Part shown: in pieces, positions 7,047 through 14,711 of the stretch | How the letters are laid out: each line of letters begins with the position of its first letter | Numbering within the stretch: position 1 is the first letter of the stretch | Assembly (NCBI GenBank): GCA_039929145.1 | Contig: JBDSRU010000333.1 | Coordinates: 1-26,070, forward strand | Source: Thermoanaerobaculia bacterium | Lineage (GTDB): Bacteria > Acidobacteriota > Thermoanaerobaculia > Multivoradales > JAGPDF01 | Direction: 5' to 3' | DNA length: 26,070 bases | The notes under the pieces: generated by a model | Seen by the model: the letters and a program-made list of their open reading frames with translations, nothing else | What the model was told of the DNA's origin: nothing | Databases searched by the model: none | Position numbers and translations under genes: made by a program

Positions 7047-7789
7047 GGAAGAGCTCCCTGGGAGGCGGCGACGACGAGTGAGATGACGTCCCGCCGGCGG
7101 AGCGGGTGCCCTGGAAGAGGATTCTGGCGCAGGATCGTCCCGTCCGATATCCCTTCGTAGGGCTCGAATTTGACCGCCCCCATGCGGAAACCGCCGCCCT
7201 CGAAGAAGCCCCGCACCGGCTCGTAGCGCCGGTAGACCAGGTCGGGCATGACGAAGGTATCGGCTGTGCCGTCCCGGGCGACCAGCAAGTCGATGCGCGT
7301 TCCGGCCGGGACGCTCGCACCGGGCGGCGGGTCCTGGCCGACGATCGTTCCGGGCTCGCCGGCGCCGTTCGCGAGGATGAGGGTGTCGCCGACCTCGAGC
7401 CCTTCGGCCTGGACGGTGACCTGCGCGGCACTCACCGCCTTGCCGGCGAGATTCGGCACGCTGGCCCGGCGCAGCCCCAGGGAAAGCACCACCTCGACGG
7501 CGCTGCCGCGCTTGACGTAGCCGCCGGCGCGCGGCCGGGACTCGATGACCCGGCCCTCATCGACCACCGCGCTCCAGCGTCCTGCCGGTTCTGCGGCGCG
7601 GAAACGCAGGCCTTGATCCGAAAGCAACCGCGAGGCCTCCTCCGAAGTCAGACCGGCAAGCTCCGGGACGGTCATCGCGCCGCGGCGGACGAAAAGATTG
7701 AACGAGAGATAGGCCGAGGCGCCGAACACCGCCAGCAGCACGACTCCCCAGAGAAAACTTTGTACGAGCCGCACGAAACGCCCAGCCAC
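7043..7789 (-). CDS. Membrane-anchored protein with three PASTA domains and no catalytic domain
   Basis: Short N-tail, one TM helix, then three repeats starting VPELAG, VPNLAG and MPDL with GxV/IxxQxPxxG motifs. Its stop overlaps the rpe GTG (GTGA). Confidence 0.88.
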   Translation of the reverse strand: MAGRFVRLVQSFLWGVVLLAVFGASAYLSFNLFVRRGAMTVPELAGLTSEEASRLLSDQGLRFRAAEPAGRWSAVVDEGRVIESRPRAGGYVKRGSAVEVVLSLGLRRASVPNLAGKAVSAAQVTVQAEGLEVGDTLILANGAGEPGTIVGQDPPPGASVPAGTRIDLLVARDGTADTFVMPDLVYRRYEPVRGFFEGGGFRMGAVKFEPYEGISDGTILRQNPLPGHPLRRRDVISLVVAASQGALP

Positions 7790-7798
7790 CGTGGGAGC

Positions 7799-7807
7799 AG
7801 TCTAACA
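7799..7807 (-). promoter_or_regulatory. Extended -10 element (TGn-TAGACT), 9 nt before the PASTA gene start
   Basis: Minus strand TG-T-TAGACT; no Shine-Dalgarno before GTG 7789. Confidence 0.5.
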
Positions 7808-7841
7808 GGCGGCCGGGGCGCGAACCGGCCGGAAGAGCGGC

Positions 7842-7847
7842 TAGAGT
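7842..7847 (+). promoter_or_regulatory. -10 element TAGAGT, 6 nt before the nfo ATG (leaderless-type)
   Basis: TANNNT match at leaderless spacing; no Shine-Dalgarno. Confidence 0.5.
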
Positions 7848-7853
7848 GCGGCC

Positions 7854-8726
7854 ATGAAACCGACCCGAAAGGCGCAGCATCTCCCAGCTCTGGGCGCGCA
7901 CGTCTCGGTCGCCGGGGGCGTCGCCGAAGGCGTGCGCCGTGGCACCGAGCTCGCCTGTGACGCGTTGCAGATCTTCGTCAAGAGCCCGAGCCAATGGCAG
8001 AGCAAGCCGCTCGCTCCGGAGGATGCGCTCGCCTTCCGCGAGGCGCATGCGGCGAGCGCCATCGGGCCCGTCGTGGCGCATGCGGCCTACCTGATCAATC
8101 TCGCTGCTCCCGATCCGCAGATCCTCGCCAAATCGCGCGCCGCGCTTGCCGACGAGCTGCGCCGTTGCGCGGCGCTCGGTGTCGCAGCGCTGGTGGTCCA
8201 TCCCGGGGCGCATCTGGGAGCGGGCGAGGAGGCTGGCCTCGCAGCGATCGCCCGCTCGCTCGATGCCGTCGAAGCCGAGCTCGGAGACTGTCCAACCCGG
8301 ATCCTGCTCGAGATTACCGCCGGGCAAGGGACGGTTCTGGGCAGCAAACTGGCGCACCTGGCGTCGATCCGGGCGCAAGCGGAGAGTCGCGAGCGACTGG
8401 GAATCTGCCTCGACACCTGCCACGCGCTGGCCTCGGGCTACGCCATCGACAGCGCAGCCGGCTGGGACGACTTTCTCGCCGAGCTCGACACGGTCGTCGG
8501 ATTCGACCTCGTCGGCTGTATCCATCTGAACGACTCGGTGGGCGCCTGCGGATCGCGCAAGGACCGCCACGCCAATCTGGGTGAGGGCTGCCTGGGTCTC
8601 GAGCCTTTTCGCCGCCTGCTCGCCGAGCCGCGCCTGCGCCACGCGCCGATGATTCTCGAGACTCCAATCGGCGACGACGAGCTTGGCCATGCACGAGACC
8701 TCGCCATCCTGCGCGGCTTGCAATAG
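7854..8726 (+). CDS. nfo: Endonuclease IV (AP endonuclease family 2)
   Basis: LGAHVS, QIFVKSP.QW, HAAYLINLA, VVHPG, LLEITAGQG, CLDTCH, IHLNDS, DRHANLGEG and ILETP: the zinc-ligand motifs. Confidence 0.96.
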   Translation: MKPTRKAQHLPALGAHVSVAGGVAEGVRRGTELACDALQIFVKSPSQWQSKPLAPEDALAFREAHAASAIGPVVAHAAYLINLAAPDPQILAKSRAALADELRRCAALGVAALVVHPGAHLGAGEEAGLAAIARSLDAVEAELGDCPTRILLEITAGQGTVLGSKLAHLASIRAQAESRERLGICLDTCHALASGYAIDSAAGWDDFLAELDTVVGFDLVGCIHLNDSVGACGSRKDRHANLGEGCLGLEPFRRLLAEPRLRHAPMILETPIGDDELGHARDLAILRGLQ

Positions 8727-8803
8727 CCCGTATTTCTTCCGCGGCGCCGCGCAGCTTCGCGCTGGGCAGGTCGCAGTTCGAGTTGTGAGACGGGCGGCGA
8801 GCT

Positions 8804-8902
8804 CTACAGGTACCTCAGCAGTGAGTCCGGGTGGGCCGCCTTGAACCGGCGGTACCAGAGGCAGGCCGGGTAGAGAAGCACCAGGAGCACGGCGACGACG
8901 CC
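8804..8902 (-). pseudogene. Gene fragment resembling the C-terminus of DUF1624 / heparan-alpha-glucosaminide N-acetyltransferase-domain membrane proteins
   Basis: Manual translation GVVAVLLVLLYPACLWYRRFKAAHPDSLLRYL*. An in-frame TAG lies upstream at 8923-8921. The resemblance to the family C-terminus (LLYPxCxWY/F...K.....L.YL*) is from memory, not a search. Confidence 0.6.
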
Positions 8903-8932
8903 TCGCCGGCGGCGCGAGTGCTACGTCCGGCC

Positions 8933-10234
8933 CTACTTGCCGAGCAGGTTCTTCGACAGATCGAAGTACAGCACCGTGACCATCAGCATCACCACGAGCG
9001 CTAGCCCCACCTGGGCGATGCGCTCCTTGACGGCCATGGAGAGGTCGCGCCGCATGACACTTTCGATCAGCAGGATGGTGATCTGGCCGCCGTCGAGCAC
9101 CGGAATCGGGAAGAGGTTGAGCAGGCCGATCGACAGACTCAGCACGCCCATCAGGTACAGCAGGTATTTGAAGCCGGCGCGCGCCGCGGCACCGGACTGT
9201 GCGGCGATCTCGATCGGACCGGCGAGGGCGCTCTTCGCCGCCACCTCGCGCTTGAAGATCTTGCCGATCACCGCCAGGGTCTGCTTGGCGATATCGTAGT
9301 TGAAGCGCACGCTCTCGCGCAGCGCGGCCAGCGGCGGATACTTCTGCGCGACGGTGAGCCGCACACCGATACGCCCCTTGCCGCCCTGATCGGCCGGCAC
9401 CACGTCGAGACTCGTCAGGACGCCATCGCGCAGCACTTCGACCGCGACCGACTTGCCGGTATGTTGCTCGATGTACTCGACGAAGTCGGCGGGACTGCCG
9501 AGCGGCCGGCCGTCGACGCTGCGCACCTCGTCATGGAGCCGGAATCCGGCTCCTTCGGCCGGTCCGCCGGCGACGATGTCGCCGATCCGCGGCAGCAGCT
9601 TCGGATAGATACCAGCATCGCCGAAATCGAAGTCGGCCGGCTTCACCGGCGTGAGGCCGACCGTGCTGCGCACGCCCTCGCGCTCGATGTCGAGCGCCAG
9701 CGGCTTGCCGATGCCGGTGAGAATGGCGAATGCGACGTCCTGCCACCGGCTCACGCTCTTGCCATCGATCGCGACGATCTCGTCGCCGGGAAGGAGGCCA
9801 GCGAGAGCGCCCGCCGAACCGGCCTCCACGGTGCCGATCACCGACGGGGCGCTCTGCAGCGCGGGGACCTCGATGCCGACCATGAAGAGGCCGGCGATGA
9901 GCAGAATCGACAACACCCCGTTCATCAGCGGACCCGCGAGGTAGACGAGGATCCGCTGCCAGCGCGGCTGGTTGAGGAAGTCCCGGGGGTCGTCGGTCGA
10001 CTCGCCCGGCTCTTCGCCGGACAGCTTCACGTAGCCGCCCAGCGGCACCAGGGAAACCTTGTAGTCGGTCTCGCCGATCTTCCAGCCGAAGAGTCGCTTG
10101 CCGAAGCCGAGCGAGAAAGCGAGAACCTTCATTCCGAACGCCTTGGCGACCAGCAGGTGGCCGGCTTCGTGAACGAAGATGATGACCCCGAGAGCGAAGA
10201 CGAAGGCCGGAATATTGGAGAGCAGGTTCGACAT
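8933..10234 (-). CDS. rseP: RIP (site-2) zinc metalloprotease RseP with two PDZ domains (433 aa)
   Basis: HEAGH zinc motif, GFG, PLGGYVKL, AGPLMN, two PDZ-like segments and NLFPIPVLDGG. Start reassigned to ATG 10234. Confidence 0.96.
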   Translation of the reverse strand: MSNLLSNIPAFVFALGVIIFVHEAGHLLVAKAFGMKVLAFSLGFGKRLFGWKIGETDYKVSLVPLGGYVKLSGEEPGESTDDPRDFLNQPRWQRILVYLAGPLMNGVLSILLIAGLFMVGIEVPALQSAPSVIGTVEAGSAGALAGLLPGDEIVAIDGKSVSRWQDVAFAILTGIGKPLALDIEREGVRSTVGLTPVKPADFDFGDAGIYPKLLPRIGDIVAGGPAEGAGFRLHDEVRSVDGRPLGSPADFVEYIEQHTGKSVAVEVLRDGVLTSLDVVPADQGGKGRIGVRLTVAQKYPPLAALRESVRFNYDIAKQTLAVIGKIFKREVAAKSALAGPIEIAAQSGAAARAGFKYLLYLMGVLSLSIGLLNLFPIPVLDGGQITILLIESVMRRDLSMAVKERIAQVGLALVVMLMVTVLYFDLSKNLLGK

Positions 10235-10248
10235 GGAGGCGCCGGAGA

Positions 10249-11418
10249 CTATCGCGACCGCGACCGCTTGGAAAGCGCCTCGGTGGCTCGCTGCCGGCCC
10301 CAGCGGTCCCATTCGAGCGCCGCATCGAGGTCGGCGAGCGCCTCGGCACGATGGCTCGACAGGACTTCCGAGATGGTGGCGACGATCTCGGGATAGCCGA
10401 TCGCGCCTTCGAGAAATGCGTGCACGGCCACTTCGTTCGCCGCGTTCAGCACTGCCGGCGCGCTTTCGCCCGCGGCGAGGGCAGCGCGCGCGAGGTCGAC
10501 TGCCGGGAACCGGAGGTTGTCGAGCGGCAGGAACTCGAGCGTCCCGAGATCTTCGAGCTGCAGGCGGGGAAACTCGTTCGTCCAGCGCTCGGGATAGGCG
10601 AGCGCGTACTGGATCGGAAAGATCATGTCGTTGCGCGACAGCTGCGCGAGCCAGGAGCCGTCGCGAAACTCGACCAGGGAATGCACCAGTGAGCGCGGGT
10701 GAACGACGACGTCGATGGCCTGCGGCGGGATGCCGAACAGATGGGAGGCCTCGATGAGCTCGAGCCCCTTGTTGATCAGAGTGGAAGAGTCGACGCTGAT
10801 CTTGGCGCCCATCGACCAGGTCGGATGGCGCAAGGCCTCCTCCCGTCGGATGGACGCGAAGGTCGCCGGGTCGCGGTGCAGAAAGGGTCCTCCGGAGGCG
10901 GTGAGGACGAGCCGGCGGACCTCCTCGCGCGTCCCGGCGCGCAACGCCTGGTGGAGCGCCACGTGCTCACTGTCGATCGGCACGATCTCGGCGCCGGTGC
11001 GGCGCGCGAGGTCGGTCAACAGGCGGCCGGCGACGACCAGCGACTCCTTGTTGGCGAGGGCCACCGGTTTCCCCGCCGCGAGCGCCGCAGCGACCGGCGG
11101 CAGGCCTGCGGCGCCGACGATCGCCGCGACCACCTTGTCGACCGCCGGATGGGTGGCGGCGGCGACGAGCGCCTCGGCCCCGCACGCAAGCTCGACCCCG
11201 GGCGGCAACTGCGGACGCAGCGCTCGCCCGACTTCCGGATCGACGACCGCGAGAAGCAGCGGCCGAAACTCGCGCACCAGCTGGAGCAGCGCTTCGGGGT
11301 TTCTCCCCAGGGCGCCGAGCGTCGAAATCGACAGCCGGTCGGGATGATGGCGCACGACTTCGACCGTGCTCGCACCGATCGAGCCGGTGGCACCCAGCAG
11401 CGCGAGGCGCTGGGTCAT
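10249..11418 (-). CDS. dxr: 1-deoxy-D-xylulose-5-phosphate reductoisomerase
   Basis: GATGSIG, LANKESLV, PIDSEH, LTASGGPF, HPTWSMGAKISVDS, NKGLE and LNAANEVAV motifs. Confidence 0.97.
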   Translation of the reverse strand: MTQRLALLGATGSIGASTVEVVRHHPDRLSISTLGALGRNPEALLQLVREFRPLLLAVVDPEVGRALRPQLPPGVELACGAEALVAAATHPAVDKVVAAIVGAAGLPPVAAALAAGKPVALANKESLVVAGRLLTDLARRTGAEIVPIDSEHVALHQALRAGTREEVRRLVLTASGGPFLHRDPATFASIRREEALRHPTWSMGAKISVDSSTLINKGLELIEASHLFGIPPQAIDVVVHPRSLVHSLVEFRDGSWLAQLSRNDMIFPIQYALAYPERWTNEFPRLQLEDLGTLEFLPLDNLRFPAVDLARAALAAGESAPAVLNAANEVAVHAFLEGAIGYPEIVATISEVLSSHRAEALADLDAALEWDRWGRQRATEALSKRSRSR

Positions 11419-12272
11419 CGCGTGAGCTCGAAGTGGGCGATCCAGAGCGCGAGCAGCATGACCGGCGCGGCGAGGAACATGGCATCGAAGCGGTCGAACA
11501 TGCCGCCGTGGCCGGGCAGGATCGCGCCCGAGTCCTTGACGTTCGCGGCGCGCTTGACCAGCGACTCGACAAGGTCACCGAGCTGGGACGCGATCGCGGT
11601 GGCGAGCGCGACGGCGAGCAGCGCCGGGTCGATGGCGCCCTGGCGCCAGACCGACCAGACCGCGGTCGCGAGCAGGGAGGTCGCGAGGCCGGCGATCGCG
11701 CCTTCCCAGGACTTCTTCGGCGAGACGACCGGGGCGAGACGGTGTTTCCCCCAGGCGGAGCCGACATAGTAGGCCGCAGTGTCGCCGAGCCAGACGATGG
11801 CGAGCAGCAGGAAGAAGAGCCACGGGTCGCGCTGTTGCAGGAGGACCAGGCTCGCTACTGGTGCCGCGAAGTAGAGGGTGCCCCAGCCGAGAATCGCGGC
11901 GGCGGGAATCGCCTGCTCGACCGGCGTCCGGCCGAGCAGCACCGCGACCGGCGGCACGATCGCCACCGCGGAGGCGAGCAGCAGCAGCCAGTGGGCGTCG
12001 AGGGTGCCGGTGCCGAGCACTTCGCCGGGCACTCTGCCGGCAACCCGGCCGAGGGCAAGAGCACGCTCGAGCGCGACCGCGGCCAGCGGCGCGGTGACCA
12101 GCAGGAGGCGCCAGGGTGCCTGCGGCGCGAGTGGACGGACCATGGCGACGAACTCGAGCGCCGCCCATTCGAAAACGACCAGGAGCAGCAGGAGGAAGGC
12201 CCATTCCGGAAAGCGGAAGACGGCGAAGAGCGCGGCGGGCACACCGATCGCGGCGGTGAGAAGACGTTTCAT
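11415..12272 (-). CDS. cdsA: Phosphatidate cytidylyltransferase
   Basis: Multi-TM protein with DTAAYYVG, SPKKSWEG, QLGDLVESLVKR, KDSGAILPGHGGMFDRFD. Confidence 0.96.
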   Translation of the reverse strand: MKRLLTAAIGVPAALFAVFRFPEWAFLLLLLVVFEWAALEFVAMVRPLAPQAPWRLLLVTAPLAAVALERALALGRVAGRVPGEVLGTGTLDAHWLLLLASAVAIVPPVAVLLGRTPVEQAIPAAAILGWGTLYFAAPVASLVLLQQRDPWLFFLLLAIVWLGDTAAYYVGSAWGKHRLAPVVSPKKSWEGAIAGLATSLLATAVWSVWRQGAIDPALLAVALATAIASQLGDLVESLVKRAANVKDSGAILPGHGGMFDRFDAMFLAAPVMLLALWIAHFELTR

Positions 12273-12295
12273 CGTCGAATCCGGTGGTCTCGCTG

Positions 12296-13168
12296 TCAGC
12301 TCTTGACGGAATTCTGCGCCGTCGCAGCCGGCGGCTCGCCACCGAGGGGCTCATCGACCGGAGTGCCCGCATCGGCGCGCGCGCTCGAACCCGTGGCGGC
12401 CGGCGCCTCGATGCCGCCGAAGCGGCGCTCGCGACCCTGGAAGGCGACGATCGCTTCCAGAAGGTGTCGCACTCGGAAATCGGGCCAGAGCGTCGGGGTG
12501 ACGACGATCTCGGAGTAGGCGATCTGCCAGAGCAGGAAGTTCGACACCCGCATCTCGCCCGAAGTCCGGATCAGCAGGTCCGGGTCGGGCTGCCCGGCGG
12601 TGTCGAGCGCGGCGGAGATCGCCGCCTCATCGACGACGCGACCCGGTTGCGCCACCGCTTCGGCGACCAGGCGGCGGCAGGCGTCGACGATTTCGCAGCG
12701 TCCGGAGTAGTTGAGCGCGATGTTGAACACCATGCGCCGCCCCGCGGCGGTCTTCTCGAGCCCCTCTTCGAGGGTGGCGACGACCGACGGATCGAGCTCG
12801 CGCCAGCGCCCGAGAATCTGCAGCCGGATGTCGTTGTCGATGAGGGTGCGGATCTCGCGCCGGAGAAACTCCTTGAGGAGATTCATGAGCGTCCAGACTT
12901 CGTGGCGCGGCCGCTTCCAGTTCTCGATCGAGAAGGCGTAAAGAGTCAGGACCTCGATTCCCAGGCGGGCGGCGCTCTCGACCGTTTCGCGCACCGCGGA
13001 GACGCCGGCGCGATGACCCTCGATGCGCGGCATGAACCGCTTGCCGGCCCAACGCCCGTTGCCGTCCATGATGATGGCGACATGTCGAGGCATCCGGCTG
13101 CAGTCGATCTGCCGCAGCAGGCTCTCCTCGAGCGATCCGGGTTCCACCTGGAGCGACAACTCGGACAT
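12296..13168 (-). CDS. uppS: Undecaprenyl diphosphate synthase (cis-prenyltransferase)
   Basis: HVAIIMDGNGRWA, LYAFSIENWKRP, ALNYSGR, PDLLIRTSGEMRVSNFLLWQIAYSE and WPDF motifs. ATG 13168 preferred over TTG 13177. Confidence 0.97.
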   Translation of the reverse strand: MSELSLQVEPGSLEESLLRQIDCSRMPRHVAIIMDGNGRWAGKRFMPRIEGHRAGVSAVRETVESAARLGIEVLTLYAFSIENWKRPRHEVWTLMNLLKEFLRREIRTLIDNDIRLQILGRWRELDPSVVATLEEGLEKTAAGRRMVFNIALNYSGRCEIVDACRRLVAEAVAQPGRVVDEAAISAALDTAGQPDPDLLIRTSGEMRVSNFLLWQIAYSEIVVTPTLWPDFRVRHLLEAIVAFQGRERRFGGIEAPAATGSSARADAGTPVDEPLGGEPPAATAQNSVKS

Positions 13169-13175
13169 TCGATCC

Positions 13176-13184
13176 AAGTTACCA
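13176..13184 (-). promoter_or_regulatory. Extended -10 element (TGn-TAACTT), 7 nt before the uppS ATG (leaderless-type)
   Basis: Minus strand TG-G-TAACTT followed by GGATCGA-ATG. Confidence 0.5.
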
Positions 13185-13216
13185 CAGCGTGCCGCCGGCG
13201 GACCCGCGCGGCGGTC

Positions 13217-14053
13217 TCAAAAAGAAGTGCGGTAGTCGATCCGTTCGAGGGCGAGCGCGTGCGCCGGTGCCGTGGGTCCGGCGGCACCGCGCTCGCCGCC
13301 GGCGAGGAGCTCTCCGAACTCCGCGAGCGCGCGCTGGCCGAGGGCGACCTCCAGCAGGGTGCCGGCGAGGCCGCGCACCATGCCGCGCAGAAAGCCGTCG
13401 CCGGTGATGCGCAGAGTCAGTCCGGTCGGCTCCTCCTCCCAGGCGGCGCGAAAAATCGTTCGGACCGGCGAGCGGTGGCTGCCTCCGGCCAGGGCGAAGC
13501 AGGAGAAGTCGTGCCTTCCGGGCAGGAGCAGCGTCGCCGCCTGGAGCCGCTCGAGGTCGAAACGGTCCGGGACCGCGAGGACGAACGCCGCGAGGTCGGG
13601 TGCCACGAAGCGGCCGGCTCGCAAGCGGTAGGCGTACTCCTTCGCGGTGGCCGAGAAGCGGGCGTGAAAGCCCCGCGGAGCCTCCGCGGCGGCGAGCACC
13701 CGGATGGCGGGCGGCAGCGAGTGGTTGGTACCGAAGACCAGGCCCTGGGTGGAGAACGGCCGGGCGAGATCGACGTGCGCCACCTGGCCGCGGGCGTGCA
13801 CACCCGCGTCGGTGCGGCTCGCTCCGACGACAGCGACCGGGCTGCCTACGAGCTCGGAGAGCGCCGCCTCGACGCGCGCCTGCACCGTGTCGGCGTTCGG
13901 CTGGCGCTGCCAGCCGCCAAACCCCGCGCCAAGGTAGGCGATGTCGAGACGGTAGCGATAGTGGCCGTCCGCCGGTCCGTGGTCGCGGAGGCGGTCGTCC
14001 ACGAAGGGTGGGAGGCTCGGCACTGGCGAATCATCCCTCAGATGCTTCTTCAC
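13217..14053 (-). CDS. truA: tRNA pseudouridine(38-40) synthase
   Basis: YLGAGFGGWQRQ, GASRTDAGVHARGQV (catalytic Asp), FHARFSA, GRHDFS, FLRGMVR and GPTAPA motifs. True start may be GTG 14023, preceded by GAGGGA. Confidence 0.96.
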   Translation of the reverse strand: MKKHLRDDSPVPSLPPFVDDRLRDHGPADGHYRYRLDIAYLGAGFGGWQRQPNADTVQARVEAALSELVGSPVAVVGASRTDAGVHARGQVAHVDLARPFSTQGLVFGTNHSLPPAIRVLAAAEAPRGFHARFSATAKEYAYRLRAGRFVAPDLAAFVLAVPDRFDLERLQAATLLLPGRHDFSCFALAGGSHRSPVRTIFRAAWEEEPTGLTLRITGDGFLRGMVRGLAGTLLEVALGQRALAEFGELLAGGERGAAGPTAPAHALALERIDYRTSF

Positions 14054-14141
14054 GTCGTGACCCGCCCGTCGTCCACTGTCGTCCAGTAAGGAAGACCTGC
14101 GGGGTGCGGAGTCCCGGCTCGGGCTCTTGACCGGCCTTGGA

Positions 14142-14147
14142 TAGGAT
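14142..14147 (+). promoter_or_regulatory. -10 element TAGGAT, 6 nt before the GNAT ATG
   Basis: TANNNT match. The embedded AGGA could instead act as a Shine-Dalgarno. Confidence 0.35.
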
Positions 14148-14153
14148 CGGCAG

Positions 14154-14711
14154 ATGGTGGCCGATCGCGAACCCCGTCCACGTCGGGTGGCTTTGCGCGC
14201 CGCACTTCCAGGCGACGCCTCGAGTCTTTTCGTCTGGCGGCAGGAGGAGTCGGTGCGCCTTCACCAGCCACTGCAGGAGACCTCGGTCGGCGAGCTCAGG
14301 GCGGACCTCGCGCGCCAGCGCATGGAGGATCTCTACCGCGGCCGCGGTGAGCGCTTCCAGTGGATCGTCATGGTCGAGGGCGAATCGGCGGGCTGGATCA
14401 CTCTCGCGATCCTCTCCTGGGAGCACGGGTTGGCGGAGATCGGCTACGCGCTCGCGACGGAATACCAGGGGATGCGTCTGATGGCGGGAGCGCTGGGACA
14501 GCTTCTGCCCGAGCTCTTCGCCGCGGTCGGCATCGAGCGCCTCGAAGCGCGTTGCTCGGTGGAGAACGTGCGTTCGGCGAGTCTCCTCGAGCAGATCGGA
14601 TTTCAGCGTGAAGGCCTGCTGCGCAGTTATTTCTCGCTCCACGGCCGCCGGATCGACAACTTCCTCTACGCCCTGCTGCGCGAGGAATTTCTCGCCCGCC
14701 CCGGAAGCTAG
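14154..14711 (+). CDS. GNAT family N-acetyltransferase, RimJ/RimL type
   Basis: AEIGYALATEYQGMRLM, RLEARCSVENVRSASLLEQIGFQREGLLR and D..LYALL motifs. Confidence 0.9.
   Translation: MVADREPRPRRVALRAALPGDASSLFVWRQEESVRLHQPLQETSVGELRADLARQRMEDLYRGRGERFQWIVMVEGESAGWITLAILSWEHGLAEIGYALATEYQGMRLMAGALGQLLPELFAAVGIERLEARCSVENVRSASLLEQIGFQREGLLRSYFSLHGRRIDNFLYALLREEFLARPGS

Noticed and set aside
7790-7853. LexA box (GTTC-N7-GTTC or GAAC-N7-GAAC) upstream of nfo or uvrD
   Set aside because: The closest match, GAAC-N6-GAAG at 7822-7835, has the wrong spacing and a mismatch. None was seen upstream of uvrD.
8727-8803. GC palindrome CGCGGCGCCGCG and a small hairpin after nfo as a bidirectional terminator or REP element
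   Set aside because: No loop space or U-tract, and I saw no second copy in the window.
14050-14271. 73-aa minus-strand ORF upstream of truA as a possible leader peptide
   Set aside because: It overlaps the GNAT gene antisense, has low-complexity Arg/Pro composition and lacks translation signals.
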